Below, one piece after another: positions 62,839 through 64,000 of a stretch of 64,000 bases of DNA (positions are counted from its first letter, which is position 1; every line of letters begins with the position of its first letter). The DNA comes from Antedon mediterranea (lineage: Eukaryota; Animalia; Echinodermata): NCBI RefSeq assembly GCF_964355755.1, contig NC_092671.1:5208001-5272000 (forward strand), given 5' to 3'. The position numbers and the translations under genes are program-made. The notes beneath the pieces are model-generated. The model was not told where the DNA came from. It worked only from the letters and a program-made list of their open reading frames with translations, and did not search any database.

Positions 62839-64000
62839 GTTCGCCGACGAGTGGGAGTGTACGATCAAATTTCCATTGATATTTTTGTACAACAGCGCCC
62901 TCTATGCATTTATTTGACAGCATTATTTTCAGGCATTAATGTATGTCACCATTTATAATAGATTTTCTATTAGGCCTACTTAAACCATTTTCAAATAAAA
63001 GAATTTAACAAAACTATGGTAATTAGATCACTTTATATTAATTAAAATACTTCATATTACTATGGTAATTAAAATACTTCATTATCATTATTAGTTGATA
63101 TTCTTATATTTCTATTTATTTCACTTACCTGGGACACGAAAAAAAAGAAAACGTAATGTGATCGAATACAAGAAATAGTACAGAATCGTAACAAAAAAAA
63201 CTTTTACCTACATATTATACAATTAGCATAGGCCTACAGGTAGTTCCTAAGATACAAACATCTTATTTCAAAGTATTTCTTTTCTTAACGTGTCCTTCGG
63301 TTATTTTGTCCAAAATCAACACGGAAGACAACATAAATTTAATGTAGGCCTAATAAGCTAATTTAAAACACTATTATAATTATGTATTTACCGTTCAAAC
63401 AAATAAACCGTACAGCTATACGATCAAAACCATGGTTGCATGGAGTAAAGAATTTACTCCATGCTACAATGAAGAATTCTCCATGCCAGGCTACATAACA
63501 AAATAAACAATACATCCTCCTCTAAACGATGGTATCTCTTTTTTTTCTTACTTAAATCAATTATAATTACTATTAAAACAAAAAGAATAATACCTGAATT
63601 TGAATTCGAAGAAGCCATGATGTGTATTCCTATTAGTCAATGCCGCACCTACACACCTTTTCAAAGAATGAATGTTAATTATCCATTGTCCTCACACCTT
63701 TACAATCCAAACAATACTGGCCTAGTGTTCACAAGTATTTACAAATCAGAATTCGTCTTCAAATTTTGTTTATCTGATAAATAAATAATAAACTTAGGCT
63801 ATATATACAGGTACTGTAGTATGTTGGTAACTTTGGTCTTCTTTACACCCTAGTTATGCCGTTTTTGTTTCTTCAAGACCTTGAGTTCAGAACAGAATAG
63901 AAATAAGGAAGTTGTTAAGAATCAGGAAGGAAATCGTCTGCTACGTCGACTGGTTTCTGCTGGTTGCTATCGAATACTACTATTAAAAACTATTTATTAA

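Overview
AT-rich animal (invertebrate-like) genomic DNA, not prokaryotic. It holds two minus-strand host genes. One is a complete 12-exon parvin gene (CDS 62838->51166, 365 aa by my exon assembly). The other, about 50 kb downstream, is the first coding exon of a TEAD/Scalloped transcription factor (ATG 670; the gene continues beyond the left edge). This is the same order and orientation I recall for vertebrate PARVA-TEAD1. The TEAD 5' region (8.9-21.2 kb) is a nest of DNA transposons: an apparently intact, intron-containing Sola1-type element (8952-12710, 709-aa transposase, TIRs, ATAT TSD), two PIF/Harbinger derivatives, a Zator derivative and a Tc1/mariner-type MITE. These interrupt or flank a GGAAT-rich tract that includes a 21-bp minisatellite with 17 perfect M-CAT (TEAD-binding) sites. 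Parvin introns hold a Merlin-type element, a 5S rRNA-derived SINE, a probable tRNA-SINE and MITEs. All calls come from reading the sequence by eye; no database search was run.
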